Part shown: positions 9,757 through 19,719 of the stretch, one piece after another
Layout of the letters: the number at the start of each line of letters is the position of its first letter
How positions within the stretch are numbered: the first letter of the stretch is position 1
NCBI GenBank assembly: GCA_036339465.1
Contig: JAYZAY010000074.1
Location: 1-36,804, forward strand
DNA from: Myxococcota bacterium
GTDB lineage: Bacteria; Myxococcota; XYA12-FULL-58-9; JABJBS01
Direction: 5' to 3'
DNA length: 36,804 bases
Made by a program: the position numbers and the translations under genes
Notes under the pieces: generated by a model
Seen by the model: only the letters and a program-made list of their open reading frames with translations
Database searches by the model: none
Told to the model about the DNA's origin: nothing

Positions 9757-11661
9757 ATGGGCAAGATAATTGGTATTGACTTGGGTACGACCAACAGCGT
9801 CGTTGCGGTAATCGAGGGAACAGAGCCTAAGGTTCTGACAAACGAAGAAGGTGCACGAACAACTCCTTCGGTCGTTGCTTTTGGCAAAGATAGTGACGTT
9901 ATGGTTGGGCAAGTAGCTCGGCGTCAAGCAGTTACGAACCCAGAAAACACGATTTTTTCAGTCAAGCGTTTTATGGGGCGACGGTTTAACGAAGTTCAGA
10001 AGGACGTGAAGCGCGTTCCTTATAACGTGATTGCGGGTAAAGGTGAACTTGCGTTTCTGAAAGCCGCAGGCAAGGAATATGCTCCATCGGAAATTAGCGC
10101 AAAGGTACTGCAGAAACTTAAACGAGCCGCTGAGAATTATTTAGGTGAAGAAGTTAATGAGGCCGTTATTACCGTCCCTGCTTATTTCAATGATTCTCAA
10201 CGACAAGCGACCAAGGATGCAGGACGTATTGCAGGCTTGGAAGTTAAGAGAATTGTAAACGAACCCACGGCCGCAGCTCTTGCTTATGGGCTTGATAAGA
10301 AATCGGACCAAATCATTGCCGTTTATGATTTTGGCGGTGGTACATTTGATATCTCTATTCTCGAAGTAGGAGAAAATGTCGTGGAAGTTCTATCCACGAA
10401 TGGAAATACACAGCTCGGTGGTGATGATTTTGATGAGTGTGTCATCGAGTATCTCACGGCGGAGTTTAAGAAGGATCAAGGAATTGATGTCTCAGGTGAT
10501 AGCATGGTGATGCAGCGCCTTAAGGAAGCAGCGGAAAAAGCGAAAATCGAATTAAGTTCTGTTTCTGAGACTGATATCAACCTTCCGTTCTTAACGGCAG
10601 ATGCGTCCGGTCCTAAGCACCTTAATCTGAAACTTTCACGTGCGAAATTTGAAAGTTTGATTCTAGATCTCGTGGAGGAGTCCATTGAGCCATGCCGCAA
10701 AGCTTTAGCAGATGCGGGTAAAGCAGCTGGTGATGTTGATGAGATCCTATTGGTAGGTGGTTCTACGCGTATTCCGATTGTTGGGGATACAGTGAAGAAG
10801 TTTTTCGGAAAAGACCCAAACAGGTCTGTGAATCCCGATGAAGTTGTGGCGGTTGGGGCAGCGGTTCAAGCTGGGGTTTTGTCTGGAGATGTTAAGGATC
10901 TTCTTTTACTAGACGTAACGCCTTTATCGCTGGGAATTGAGACCCTGGGTGGCGTGATGACTTCACTTATTTCCCGAAATACGACCATTCCAACGAAAAA
11001 GAGTGAGATTTTCTCAACTGCGGCAGACAATCAAACATCTGTCGAAGTTCACGTATTGCAGGGTGAGCGACCTATGGCGGGCCAGAATCGTACTCTCGGT
11101 CGATTTCATCTCGATGGGATTCCTCCTGCGCCTCGGGGTGTTCCACAGGTGGAAGTAACTTTTGATATCGATGCCAACGGTATGGTCAATGTTTCTGCTC
11201 GAGATAAAGCAACGAGTAAGGAACAGAAAATACGTATTGAGGTAGGGAGTGGACTATCTGAATCCGAGATCGACGAGATGGTTGATGACGCAAAAAATCA
11301 TGAGGAAGAAGACAAGGCTAAGCGTGATGACATCGAACTTCGCAACAAAGCGGATTCCCTTTGTTACCAGGTTGAAAGAGGCTTAGAGGAGTATAAGGAT
11401 AAGCTTGATGATGCGACCAAATCTGATTTGGAAGTTAAAATCAAGGCATTACGAAGTGCGCTTGAGGCCAATGATACCGAGACAATCAAGACGAGCATGG
11501 AAGAATTGACTCAGGCAAGCCATAAAATGGCTGAGCAGATGTACCAATCAGCAGGTAACGGGGCTGGTGAGGATGCAGGAAGCTCGAATGACGGAGCTGC
11601 GGCAAATTCGGCCAGTGATCCAAATGTTGTGGATGCGGAATTCGAAGAGTCTTCCCACTAA
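9757..11661 (+). CDS. dnaK: Chaperone DnaK (Hsp70)
   Basis: [40 protein letters not shown] tail; ATG 9757 follows AGGAG. Confidence 0.98.
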   Translation: MGKIIGIDLGTTNSVVAVIEGTEPKVLTNEEGARTTPSVVAFGKDSDVMVGQVARRQAVTNPENTIFSVKRFMGRRFNEVQKDVKRVPYNVIAGKGELAFLKAAGKEYAPSEISAKVLQKLKRAAENYLGEEVNEAVITVPAYFNDSQRQATKDAGRIAGLEVKRIVNEPTAAALAYGLDKKSDQIIAVYDFGGGTFDISILEVGENVVEVLSTNGNTQLGGDDFDECVIEYLTAEFKKDQGIDVSGDSMVMQRLKEAAEKAKIELSSVSETDINLPFLTADASGPKHLNLKLSRAKFESLILDLVEESIEPCRKALADAGKAAGDVDEILLVGGSTRIPIVGDTVKKFFGKDPNRSVNPDEVVAVGAAVQAGVLSGDVKDLLLLDVTPLSLGIETLGGVMTSLISRNTTIPTKKSEIFSTAADNQTSVEVHVLQGERPMAGQNRTLGRFHLDGIPPAPRGVPQVEVTFDIDANGMVNVSARDKATSKEQKIRIEVGSGLSESEIDEMVDDAKNHEEEDKAKRDDIELRNKADSLCYQVERGLEEYKDKLDDATKSDLEVKIKALRSALEANDTETIKTSMEELTQASHKMAEQMYQSAGNGAGEDAGSSNDGAAANSASDPNVVDAEFEESSH

Positions 11662-11697
11662 ATGATACTGGGGTGATCCCACGTACCCAGATTTCTT

Positions 11698-13941
11698 CTA
11701 TCTACAATTCAGCACCAGTCGGTTGGTTGTAAATGACTCGACCTCGATGGCCGCGCGTTTGAACGTTCCAGAGCCCTTACACCGATAAGTTAGGTTGTAG
11801 GTACCCGCCTGAATAGTGAGGTTGGTAGGCTTTCTCCATGCTGATTTTCCCAATCTAAAACGACTCCCACTTGGTCCTGAAACCGATAGTTCTCCTGGTT
11901 CATTGGTAATCTCAATCTCGGTTGTTGATTCGGGTTGGATGATTGCATAGCGAATCATGCTGAGTCCGGAGCCGGCTTCAGTTATGTCTATTTGCTTTTT
12001 GCCAATGGATAGGACTTTTCTTTGAATCGGGCTCACGCCAAGTAGTTTACCATCCATCATAAGACGAGCGCCCGTCGCCCCTTGGATGGTTAGATATCCG
12101 AATGATTCCTGAGCTTTCTTTGTTCGAGAATTTTTTTCTAGGGGCTCTAGATCGAAATCTAGATTCTTGTGTTTGAGTCTATCGATGAGAATTCGAAGCT
12201 TACTCGGTTTGTGCCCCTCTTTTTCTAAGAAAAATGTGTACGGATTTCCTCCACTTAAGCGATAATTTTCCACAGGTGTTTTTTGGGCGACCCAATTGCC
12301 GTTGACGAAAATATTAGCGCCAGGTGGTTCAGAGCGGATGTTTACTGTAGCAAAAGGAGCTTGAGTAAGTTTTTCACCCATGGGTATTGAGATGGTGGCA
12401 GGCTTATTTTCTGCTGTTATGGTCGGTAAACTGATGATTTGGTCTTGGTAATGTTCTAATTTTATTTCGAGTGCCCAGTGGGCCTCTGAGGGGATTCCTT
12501 CTTTGATGAGGAACGGTGTTTTATCATTTCGGTATTTTTGGTTGTAGGATTCAGAGCCTGGACCCACAAAGTGAATTTCGGCACCGGGCGGTATGGTTTC
12601 CAATATAATGGGACCAGATTTTATGGCCGTATTTTTTGGGGAGGTTTGACTTAAGCGAGCCAGAACACCTGCACCTAAACCAACAAATAAGCCGAAGAGA
12701 ATCAGCCATGGCACTCGGTTATTCTTGGGGTTGGGTGCGTTGACATCTGCTTTAGGGAAGCTGGCGACCGTCCTATTTGTCGTCATCTGGTCCATATTGA
12801 GTTTAAAGTCTTCGACTCGGACTGTCTCACTTGATACAGTCGTTTTGGTAATCAATTCTGTTTCTTCTTCTCCGATATCCTTTTTGGCTTTTTGGCTTTG
12901 CGTTGTCTGCCCTTCCATTTCATCCGGCGACTCTGGTGGAGTTTCTGATACCGAGTTTATCGATAGACGGTTAAAATTTGATTCTAGTTGTGGGATCCGT
13001 AGCCCGAAGAGATAATCTTCTAAAGTATTTGGGCTAATAACGTAGCCCATATCAGTGAGGCTCGTGCGAAGTGCCTCTGCCAATTCATTCGCCGAACTGA
13101 AGCGGTTCATTGGATCAGGTGCGAGGCATTTGAGTAGGATCCTTTCGAAGTTCGGGTCGAAGTCCGGTAGTATCTTTGATGGCTTAGTGACCTCACATTC
13201 AATGACAGCGTGTAGCGTTTCGAGTTCGTTGTCTCTCTTAAAAACTCGGACTCCAGTGGATATTTCGTAGAGCGTAATGGCTAAGGCGAACAAATCAGAG
13301 CGGCCGTCTAAGGGATCTCCGCACGCCTGTTCGGGAGACATATACGCATATTTACCTTTCAATACACCGGCTTGGGTTTCGTTGAGTCGATTGGCGGCTT
13401 TGGCCACCCCGAAATCGATTATTTTCACGTAACCACTTCGGCTCACTAGAATGTTTTGGGGGCTGATATCTCGATGGACGATATTTAATGGGATGCCCTT
13501 AAGGTCTTTACAGCGATGGGCATGTTCTAAACCTTGCGATATTTGCAACCCTATGTGGGCAACGACGTCTTGGGGCATTGGCCTACCGAGGGACGCTTGG
13601 TGGTTGTAGATATTTCGTACGTCATATCCATCCACAAACTCCATCGCGATAAAGTCACGTTCTTCGAATTGACCGATATCCAAAATTTGCGCGATGTTTG
13701 GATGATTGAGATGAGCTACGATACGAGCTTCGTCTCGAAACATTTGGATAAATTCTTTGGTTGCACACAAGTGAGGAAGTATTTGCTTGATACAAACTTT
13801 CCGTTCGAATCCCGCATGTTTTGTTTGTTTAGCGAGATAAACCTCGGCCATGCCACCGGATGCGATCCTATTTAGAAGCTCGTATTGGCCAATCTTCTTA
13901 TTTGTGAGTTGGCGACTGCTTTTATTTTTCTTACTTGGCAC
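11698..13941 (-). CDS. Membrane Hanks-type Ser/Thr protein kinase with C-terminal PEGA domains
   Basis: GGMAEVY, HRDISPQN, DFG, YMSPEQ; one TM segment (WLILFGLFVGLGAGVLA); repeated PPGA PEGA-like motifs. Confidence 0.92.
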   Translation of the reverse strand: MPSKKNKSSRQLTNKKIGQYELLNRIASGGMAEVYLAKQTKHAGFERKVCIKQILPHLCATKEFIQMFRDEARIVAHLNHPNIAQILDIGQFEERDFIAMEFVDGYDVRNIYNHQASLGRPMPQDVVAHIGLQISQGLEHAHRCKDLKGIPLNIVHRDISPQNILVSRSGYVKIIDFGVAKAANRLNETQAGVLKGKYAYMSPEQACGDPLDGRSDLFALAITLYEISTGVRVFKRDNELETLHAVIECEVTKPSKILPDFDPNFERILLKCLAPDPMNRFSSANELAEALRTSLTDMGYVISPNTLEDYLFGLRIPQLESNFNRLSINSVSETPPESPDEMEGQTTQSQKAKKDIGEEETELITKTTVSSETVRVEDFKLNMDQMTTNRTVASFPKADVNAPNPKNNRVPWLILFGLFVGLGAGVLARLSQTSPKNTAIKSGPIILETIPPGAEIHFVGPGSESYNQKYRNDKTPFLIKEGIPSEAHWALEIKLEHYQDQIISLPTITAENKPATISIPMGEKLTQAPFATVNIRSEPPGANIFVNGNWVAQKTPVENYRLSGGNPYTFFLEKEGHKPSKLRILIDRLKHKNLDFDLEPLEKNSRTKKAQESFGYLTIQGATGARLMMDGKLLGVSPIQRKVLSIGKKQIDITEAGSGLSMIRYAIIQPESTTEIEITNEPGELSVSGPSGSRFRLGKSAWRKPTNLTIQAGTYNLTYRCKGSGTFKRAAIEVESFTTNRLVLNCR

Positions 13942-14033
13942 CGTTGCAGGGTTTCCCGATCGTCTTGCTTTTTGGGTGATGTTCTCAATGATTTAGCTGA
14001 GAGGGAAGTATTAAATCATCTTTCTGCTCCTTG

Positions 14034-14666
14034 CTAATTTGATGGGGAGTCGATGATGCACCCGATTTTCTGCATTAATTCGTGATTTACCTCGGCTATG
14101 CTCTTACTTCCATCAATGGTTTGTCCGACCCCGAAGGAGTCATCCGTAATCAGAGATTGGTATGTGTTTGCTATCTGTTTTTGTAGCTCTTGGGCATCAA
14201 AGATTTCGTCGGGTTCACCGCGGGAGGCTCGTCGCTTGGCCGCCTCATCTGATGGAATATCCAAGAGGAAGCATTGATCACATGGAATGGCGTTCTTATT
14301 AATTTCACGAACCCATTCTACGGGAAGACTTTGTGACTGGTAGACCAATGAAGATAAAACGTAGCGATCAGAAAGGACGATATGTCCGCCATCCATTTTG
14401 GGTTGAATCTCTGTTTGGATATGATGAATTCGATCTGCTGCGAATGCTAGGGCCAGCCCTTCGGCACTTAGCGAGGTCTCACCTCTTAATACCGCTCTAA
14501 TGAATTTTCCGACGGGACCTTCACTGGGTTCTGCCGTTGTGTGTACTTTGGCACCTCGGTTCCTCAGAGCCTGGGCGAGCATCTTTATTTGGGTTGTTGT
14601 CCCCGAACCGTCGATTCCTTCGAGCACAAAGAACCAACCCCTCTTCTTATTAACTTTGGAGTTCAT
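14034..14666 (-). CDS. tmk: Thymidylate kinase
   Basis: EGIDGSGTTTQ P-loop, AEP, FAADR, SDRY..SSLVYQ. Confidence 0.93.
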   Translation of the reverse strand: MNSKVNKKRGWFFVLEGIDGSGTTTQIKMLAQALRNRGAKVHTTAEPSEGPVGKFIRAVLRGETSLSAEGLALAFAADRIHHIQTEIQPKMDGGHIVLSDRYVLSSLVYQSQSLPVEWVREINKNAIPCDQCFLLDIPSDEAAKRRASRGEPDEIFDAQELQKQIANTYQSLITDDSFGVGQTIDGSKSIAEVNHELMQKIGCIIDSPSN

Positions 14667-14680
14667 CGAGATACTCTTGC

Positions 14681-15427
14681 TTAACTTTTGGGTTTGATCG
14701 CGACTAGTTTCTGTGAGCGAAAAACATATTCCTGGTTGGGATAATGTGCTACCGAAGCTATTTCGGGGTCTGTATTTTGGGGTACGAGTTTTTCAGGTTT
14801 CCCCAGTGCGGCAATCAACTCTTCAAGAGTCATTCCTTCAATGGCTTCTTTGTTGCGAATACCATATTGGATCATTGGGCTTAGGTTAGCGAGCCACTTA
14901 GAGGTGGTACCGTTTTTGTCCAACCAGCTATTCAACGCCAGTTCGAGCTCTTGACTTTCTGCGTAATCCCCCTTGAGTACAATTACGAATGGTCTCTCTC
15001 GGTGTTCAAGATTTGGGGGAGTACTTATTTGCTCCAGGTAAACCCAAGTATAAAAGCGGGGGGTCCAGAGCATGCGCCCAAACAGGGTCCACCGACTGGG
15101 GGCTTCGATGCGTTTCACTTTAAAGGCGGTGCCTGCTGGAACGAGGCCCTTTTCGTTCTGGGGATGAATTGCGTTTCCGTCTAAGTCTCTCATATGAGAT
15201 GTTGCGGAAAAAGGGTAGGGCGAGAGAAGCCAGAGTTCATTCTCACCGTACAGATCGCCGAAAAAGCATGAGTGTTTAAGTTCAACCGAGTGTTCAATCC
15301 ACGCACTGTTAACTGTTGGAAATGTGTGTGGGGGGCCCTCGGAGAAAATCGAAGAGCAGCCATAGCTTGTGATGCTCGCCATTACGGTAAATAACGTCAG
15401 GATTTGGTGATTCAATACGTACCTCAT
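14681..15427 (-). CDS. Lipoprotein of unknown function
   Basis: Lipobox-like SYGC after a hydrophobic leader; C-terminal GMT.EE....LGKP (SmpA/OmlA-like) motif. Confidence 0.7.
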   Translation of the reverse strand: MRYVLNHQILTLFTVMASITSYGCSSIFSEGPPHTFPTVNSAWIEHSVELKHSCFFGDLYGENELWLLSPYPFSATSHMRDLDGNAIHPQNEKGLVPAGTAFKVKRIEAPSRWTLFGRMLWTPRFYTWVYLEQISTPPNLEHRERPFVIVLKGDYAESQELELALNSWLDKNGTTSKWLANLSPMIQYGIRNKEAIEGMTLEELIAALGKPEKLVPQNTDPEIASVAHYPNQEYVFRSQKLVAIKPKS

Positions 15428-15566
15428 ATATCCTTGGTATAACAGTCAGGGCTCGGGCTCAAAAAAATTGATTGGCGTGGTTTTGAGGCGTTGTGGGGGC
15501 GTTGACCCGCAAGATTTCCTCAGAGCTCAGTAGATGGTTCCCATGGAAGATAGATTCACGACAAAG

Positions 15567-15995
15567 ATGAAGCTTGTGGGGGGGGGATGGCTCAACCTCC
15601 TCCTTATCCTTTGTGCAGCCAGGAGCTGTTTCCCCCTTAGCAACAGTTCCTCAGGCGTGGGTTGTTGTCTTGGCAATTGAGATTGTAGGCATGAAACGGT
15701 ATGTTTCGAGTCTAAGTGCTTGGAAATATAGGTTGTTTTTCGGCCTCATTGTTCCAGCGAGAAAGTAGGTTGTGACGGTTATTGTCACGGCCCCTTTTTT
15801 CCGGAGATGGTATGAAAGAGGGGAGTGAATCTTGTGATGACGGGGAAAATAATGGGATTTTGATGGTTTGCACTGAGCGTTAAGATTTGGAGAAATGTGG
15901 CGTTGGAATGGTCTGGTGATGTTGAAGGCTGCGATGATGGTGGCGAAGTCGACGGGCTGATAGGGGGCAATAATTGTGGTTCTAATTTGTACTTA
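15567..15995 (+). pseudogene. Decayed lipoprotein gene with Myxococcus cysteine-rich (DUF4215/TIGR02232-like) repeats
   Basis: Conceptual translation across stops and frameshifts gives MKLVGGGWLNLLLILCAARSC..CCLGN*DCRHETVCFESKC..GCDGYC / GDGMKEGSESCDDGENNG..C..*..KCGVG / EGCDDGG..NNCGSN. The 3' boundary is approximate. Confidence 0.65.
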
Positions 15996-16472
15996 TCTCT
16001 CAATAGATCTCAATGGTTGGCCATACGTCACGGCAGCTTCATAAGGAGCTTTCCGGTAGGTGCCGGCCGGTCGAACGAAACTGACATTTGGCGAGTTCTG
16101 AGATGGCGGAATAAATGAGCGCTTTACTGACGCTGGGCTTTTGGCCGAGTACGGCTGCGGCCTTGGCGTGTCTCGGAGGGCGAGATGCGTCTAGGTCCTT
16201 GCCTGAATTGCTCGGAATTCCCTCCACGTCAATAAAGGCAATAGGTGCCTTACGAATATTCAGTGTCTCTCGTTCTAAGTACCTATTTACAGGCGCTTCT
16301 GGGGTGTGGAGTATAGCATGGCTGAATTTCTGGCATTGGAGCGTTACTTCGTTGCCACACTGCTCCAGGAAGCCGGATCGTGAGAGCTGTGGTTGTTTCA
16401 TAAAATTGATTAGCTTGTTCCCAAACTCCTGAACAATGTGTATGGCGCCAGTGCTTAATTTACGAGATAAGA

Positions 16473-17945
16473 ATGGATGTTGCGCGAAGAAATGCAGTTG
16501 AGTCCGTGGGTCATTGCACTCCAGAGATTGCAAGAGCGATCCAGCTGGCGGAGAGTTTATCTCGCCCAGCCTTTCTACGATTGCATAAACCACTAGAGCA
16601 ACTTAGCTTCTTTAAGATTCTTCGCTATACGCTCTCTGCTAAGAAACGTTATCTGGCTTGGGCGGATGGGCGTGATGATCGCTCGTTCATTACCCTAGGA
16701 GAAATTACCCAAGCCGAGCTGACAGGAGATATTCGATTTGCGCGGGGCGAGTACGTCAGTTCACAGTGGTCTCAACAATGGGTTGAGGCTTCTTTTGTGC
16801 CCTCGGAGGAGCAGCGTTGGAAACCACCCATGGCGGTTGGAGGCTTTGCATTTGCTGCACGAAAGAATCCCCATTCGGGAATCTGGAATGATTGGCCCGA
16901 TGGTAGTTTGTGGATCCCACAATTTGTTTTTCATCGATGGCGTTCTCAGCGGTATGCGGCGCTCACCATCAAGGTTTTGCCAGGGGAAACTCCTGATGAT
17001 GTTAGGACTCATTTGGATAGCACCCATAATGCTCTGAATTCTGTGATTCAGAAGAGTCGGGAGTTGGAAGGGGCATCTGGGAATGGATGTAAGCTTTCTG
17101 ATGAAACAAGCGTTGCTGAAATGGAGTCGCAAAAAAATCATTGGTGTACTTTAGTTAAAGACGCAAAACGGGAAATCGAAACCAAATCGATTCAGAAGGT
17201 TGTTCTGTGCCGAATTGACGAGACTAATTTATCTGAGAATGAGAGTTTCGATCAGGTGGAGACTCTCGATAGTCTTCGCAAGTCATATCCCAAGTGTAAA
17301 GTTTTTATGGTTGGGCGTTCAGATGGCTCTACTTTTTTGGGAGCCACCCCAGAACTCTTTTTGAGCAAACGAGGCAAAGAGCTAAAAACGGTGGCGTTAG
17401 CTGGGACCATTCGGCGGGGCATCGATAAAGCGGAAGATGACCTTTTAGCGACGACTCTTCTTGGTAATAAAAAGGACCGCCACGAGCATCAAGTGGTGGC
17501 TGATTCGATCGAAGAGGCTTTAGCTCCGCTCTCGCTCATGTTTTCGAAGGCATCCGAGCCGTCGATACTTCCACTCAAGAATGTTCAGCATTTAGAAACA
17601 AAGATTCAGGCGACACTTCATCGAGCGCGCTCTCTTATGGAGTTGTTGGCAAGACTACATCCTACGCCCGCGGTTGGAGGTGCTCCAAAGCAAGATGCGC
17701 TCAGATTCATTGAGTCTAATGAGTCAGCCGATCGGGGCTGGTATGCGGGTTTGGTTGGATGGATCGATGGTGCAGGTGACGGCGTTTTTGGAGTCGGGAT
17801 TCGTTCGGCTCTGATTCGAGGGAATCGAGCATGGGCTTTTGCAGGGGCTGGGATTGTTGCGGAATCCGACCCAGAACTAGAGTGGAATGAAACAGCGATG
17901 AAGCTTTTGGCAGTCAAAAGTAACTTAAAGGTTCGTGATGATTAA
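16473..17945 (+). CDS. menF: Isochorismate synthase
   Basis: KVVLCR, FLGATPE, ALAGT, KDRHEH, HPTPAVGG, RGWYAG, IRSA, AGAGIV..S....EWNET..K; first gene of the men cluster. Confidence 0.92.
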   Translation: MDVARRNAVESVGHCTPEIARAIQLAESLSRPAFLRLHKPLEQLSFFKILRYTLSAKKRYLAWADGRDDRSFITLGEITQAELTGDIRFARGEYVSSQWSQQWVEASFVPSEEQRWKPPMAVGGFAFAARKNPHSGIWNDWPDGSLWIPQFVFHRWRSQRYAALTIKVLPGETPDDVRTHLDSTHNALNSVIQKSRELEGASGNGCKLSDETSVAEMESQKNHWCTLVKDAKREIETKSIQKVVLCRIDETNLSENESFDQVETLDSLRKSYPKCKVFMVGRSDGSTFLGATPELFLSKRGKELKTVALAGTIRRGIDKAEDDLLATTLLGNKKDRHEHQVVADSIEEALAPLSLMFSKASEPSILPLKNVQHLETKIQATLHRARSLMELLARLHPTPAVGGAPKQDALRFIESNESADRGWYAGLVGWIDGAGDGVFGVGIRSALIRGNRAWAFAGAGIVAESDPELEWNETAMKLLAVKSNLKVRDD

Positions 17946-19719
17946 AGGTGGCACCGTTGCTCAAATTGTAGGCGACCACTTGGTTGGGGTTCTCACGGAG
18001 TTGGGGGTTTGTCGGGCTGTTGTGTCACCAGGTTCACGCAATTCTCCACTGGTATTTGGTGTTGCAAGGCGAGATACCTGGGATATCGAAGTCATCTTAG
18101 ATGAACGGAGTGCTGGCTTTTTTGCTTTGGGATGGGCGAGAGCTACTGGCGAACCGGTGGTTCTGATCTGTACTTCAGGCAGTGCAGGTGCTCATTATCT
18201 ACCTGCGGTGATTGAAGCTTATCACTCGCAGGTTCCCCTCGTCCTCCTTACCGCCAATCGGCCAGAGGAATTACACGGTTTGGGGGCATTGCAGACGACT
18301 AAGCAAGCTAACTTTTTTACAGACTTTACGCGGGGCTCTATTCACATTCCTGCTCATAGAGAGGAGGGATTGGCGTATCACCTTTATGAACTGGAGCATT
18401 CTTTAGTGGCAACTCTCGATAGTCTTTGGAATGGTATCGCGGGCCCCGTGCATGTGGATGTTGCTTTTCGTGAGCCATTATTTATCGAAGATTTTTCCTA
18501 TGGAGAATGTTCGCGTTCGGGTTTGTTGGGGCCACAACGTTCGTCTCATGTTTTAGGTCAAGAGGAGATTGAGAGGCTGTCTTTGAGTTTGGTCATGAAG
18601 CGTAAAGGCGCCATTGTTGTGGGACCTCTTTTGGATTCCATGCGAGATGAACGTGACTTTCCAGCCGCTGTGGATGCACTTGCTGATTTAATGGGTTGGC
18701 CTATATTTATTGAAGCGACTTCATTGAGGGAGTCTTGGCGGGCTTTTTCCAGCCATATCATTTTTAGGCCTGATCTTGTGTTTCGGGCACTCGAAGGACG
18801 AGAAGATGCCACTCCGGAAGTTGTGATTCAGATCGGTCAAACTCCAACCTCAAAAGCTCTAATGCGTTGGATGAGTCATCCCAAAGTACTTCGTTTTGGA
18901 CTTGAGCCCAGCGGCACCCCATTTGACCCGCTTCGTACGCAAACCGAAATGATTGAGGCGGATGTTGTCTCGACCTTACGTGCTCTGACTTCTAACTTGA
19001 AGTTTATTGACGACCATGAACCCGTGGGGGCATGGTGGTTGAGCGCTTGGCGATCTCTAAACCCAATTTCCGACTCGTTAGGAGCGGAGTGTGATGGGAA
19101 AGGGCTATGGGAAAAGGATGTGATGGAGGTGGTGGCTCACGAGGTTGATGAAAGGGCGACTCTTCACTTGGCCAATAGTATGGCTATTCGCAGCTACGAC
19201 CAATTTGGTGGCCAGGGACTCCTACCGCAAGATGTTTTTGCCAGTCGTGGTGTCAGTGGAATTGATGGAACTATTGCGACTTCTCTAGGTGAGTCAAAGG
19301 GAAGTGGCCTTAAGCCGATGGTGGTATTGTTGGGGGATCTTACATTTTTACATGATTTGGGATCCTTACAATTGGCCTGTGAAACTTCAGCTCCTATTAC
19401 ACTCTTGGTTATGGATAATGATGGGGGGGGGATTTTTCGTTTTTTACCTGTGGCCGAAGGTGGCGACATATTCCAGAAGTTTTTTATCAAACCACATGGG
19501 CTGGAACTTTCTGAGCTGGTGAGTGGTTTCGGACTTGCAACCTATGAAGTTTTTGACAGGGGGAGTCTCGAATCGACGCTCAATCAAATTATCGAAGCCC
19601 CGGGTGTTAAAATTGTTATCGCGAAAGTGGATGGGGAGGTCAGTATTTTGAAGCACCGGGTATTCTTTGAACGCTCCGCCAGCCGGTTGACCGATGCATG
19701 GGAGGAGAGTGTCGGATGA
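17935..19719 (+). CDS. menD: SEPHCHC synthase (ThDP-dependent)
   Basis: SPGSRNSPL, DERSAGFFALG, CTSGSA, ANSMAIR, RGVSGIDG, GDLTFLHD, NDGGGIF. Confidence 0.95.
   Translation: MMIKGGTVAQIVGDHLVGVLTELGVCRAVVSPGSRNSPLVFGVARRDTWDIEVILDERSAGFFALGWARATGEPVVLICTSGSAGAHYLPAVIEAYHSQVPLVLLTANRPEELHGLGALQTTKQANFFTDFTRGSIHIPAHREEGLAYHLYELEHSLVATLDSLWNGIAGPVHVDVAFREPLFIEDFSYGECSRSGLLGPQRSSHVLGQEEIERLSLSLVMKRKGAIVVGPLLDSMRDERDFPAAVDALADLMGWPIFIEATSLRESWRAFSSHIIFRPDLVFRALEGREDATPEVVIQIGQTPTSKALMRWMSHPKVLRFGLEPSGTPFDPLRTQTEMIEADVVSTLRALTSNLKFIDDHEPVGAWWLSAWRSLNPISDSLGAECDGKGLWEKDVMEVVAHEVDERATLHLANSMAIRSYDQFGGQGLLPQDVFASRGVSGIDGTIATSLGESKGSGLKPMVVLLGDLTFLHDLGSLQLACETSAPITLLVMDNDGGGIFRFLPVAEGGDIFQKFFIKPHGLELSELVSGFGLATYEVFDRGSLESTLNQIIEAPGVKIVIAKVDGEVSILKHRVFFERSASRLTDAWEESVG

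Noticed and set aside
11668..11697. Hairpin between the convergent dnaK and kinase genes
   Set aside because: Bulged stem with weak U-tracts; not confident enough to call a terminator.
15567..15920. Stop-codon reassignment or selenocysteine readthrough as an explanation for the in-frame stops
   Set aside because: All three stop types plus frameshifts occur, and neighbouring genes use the standard code; decay is the simpler explanation.
16039..16593. 184-aa minus-strand ORF
   Set aside because: Overlaps the menF start and has no recognisable domain or clear SD; a shorter real gene cannot be fully excluded.
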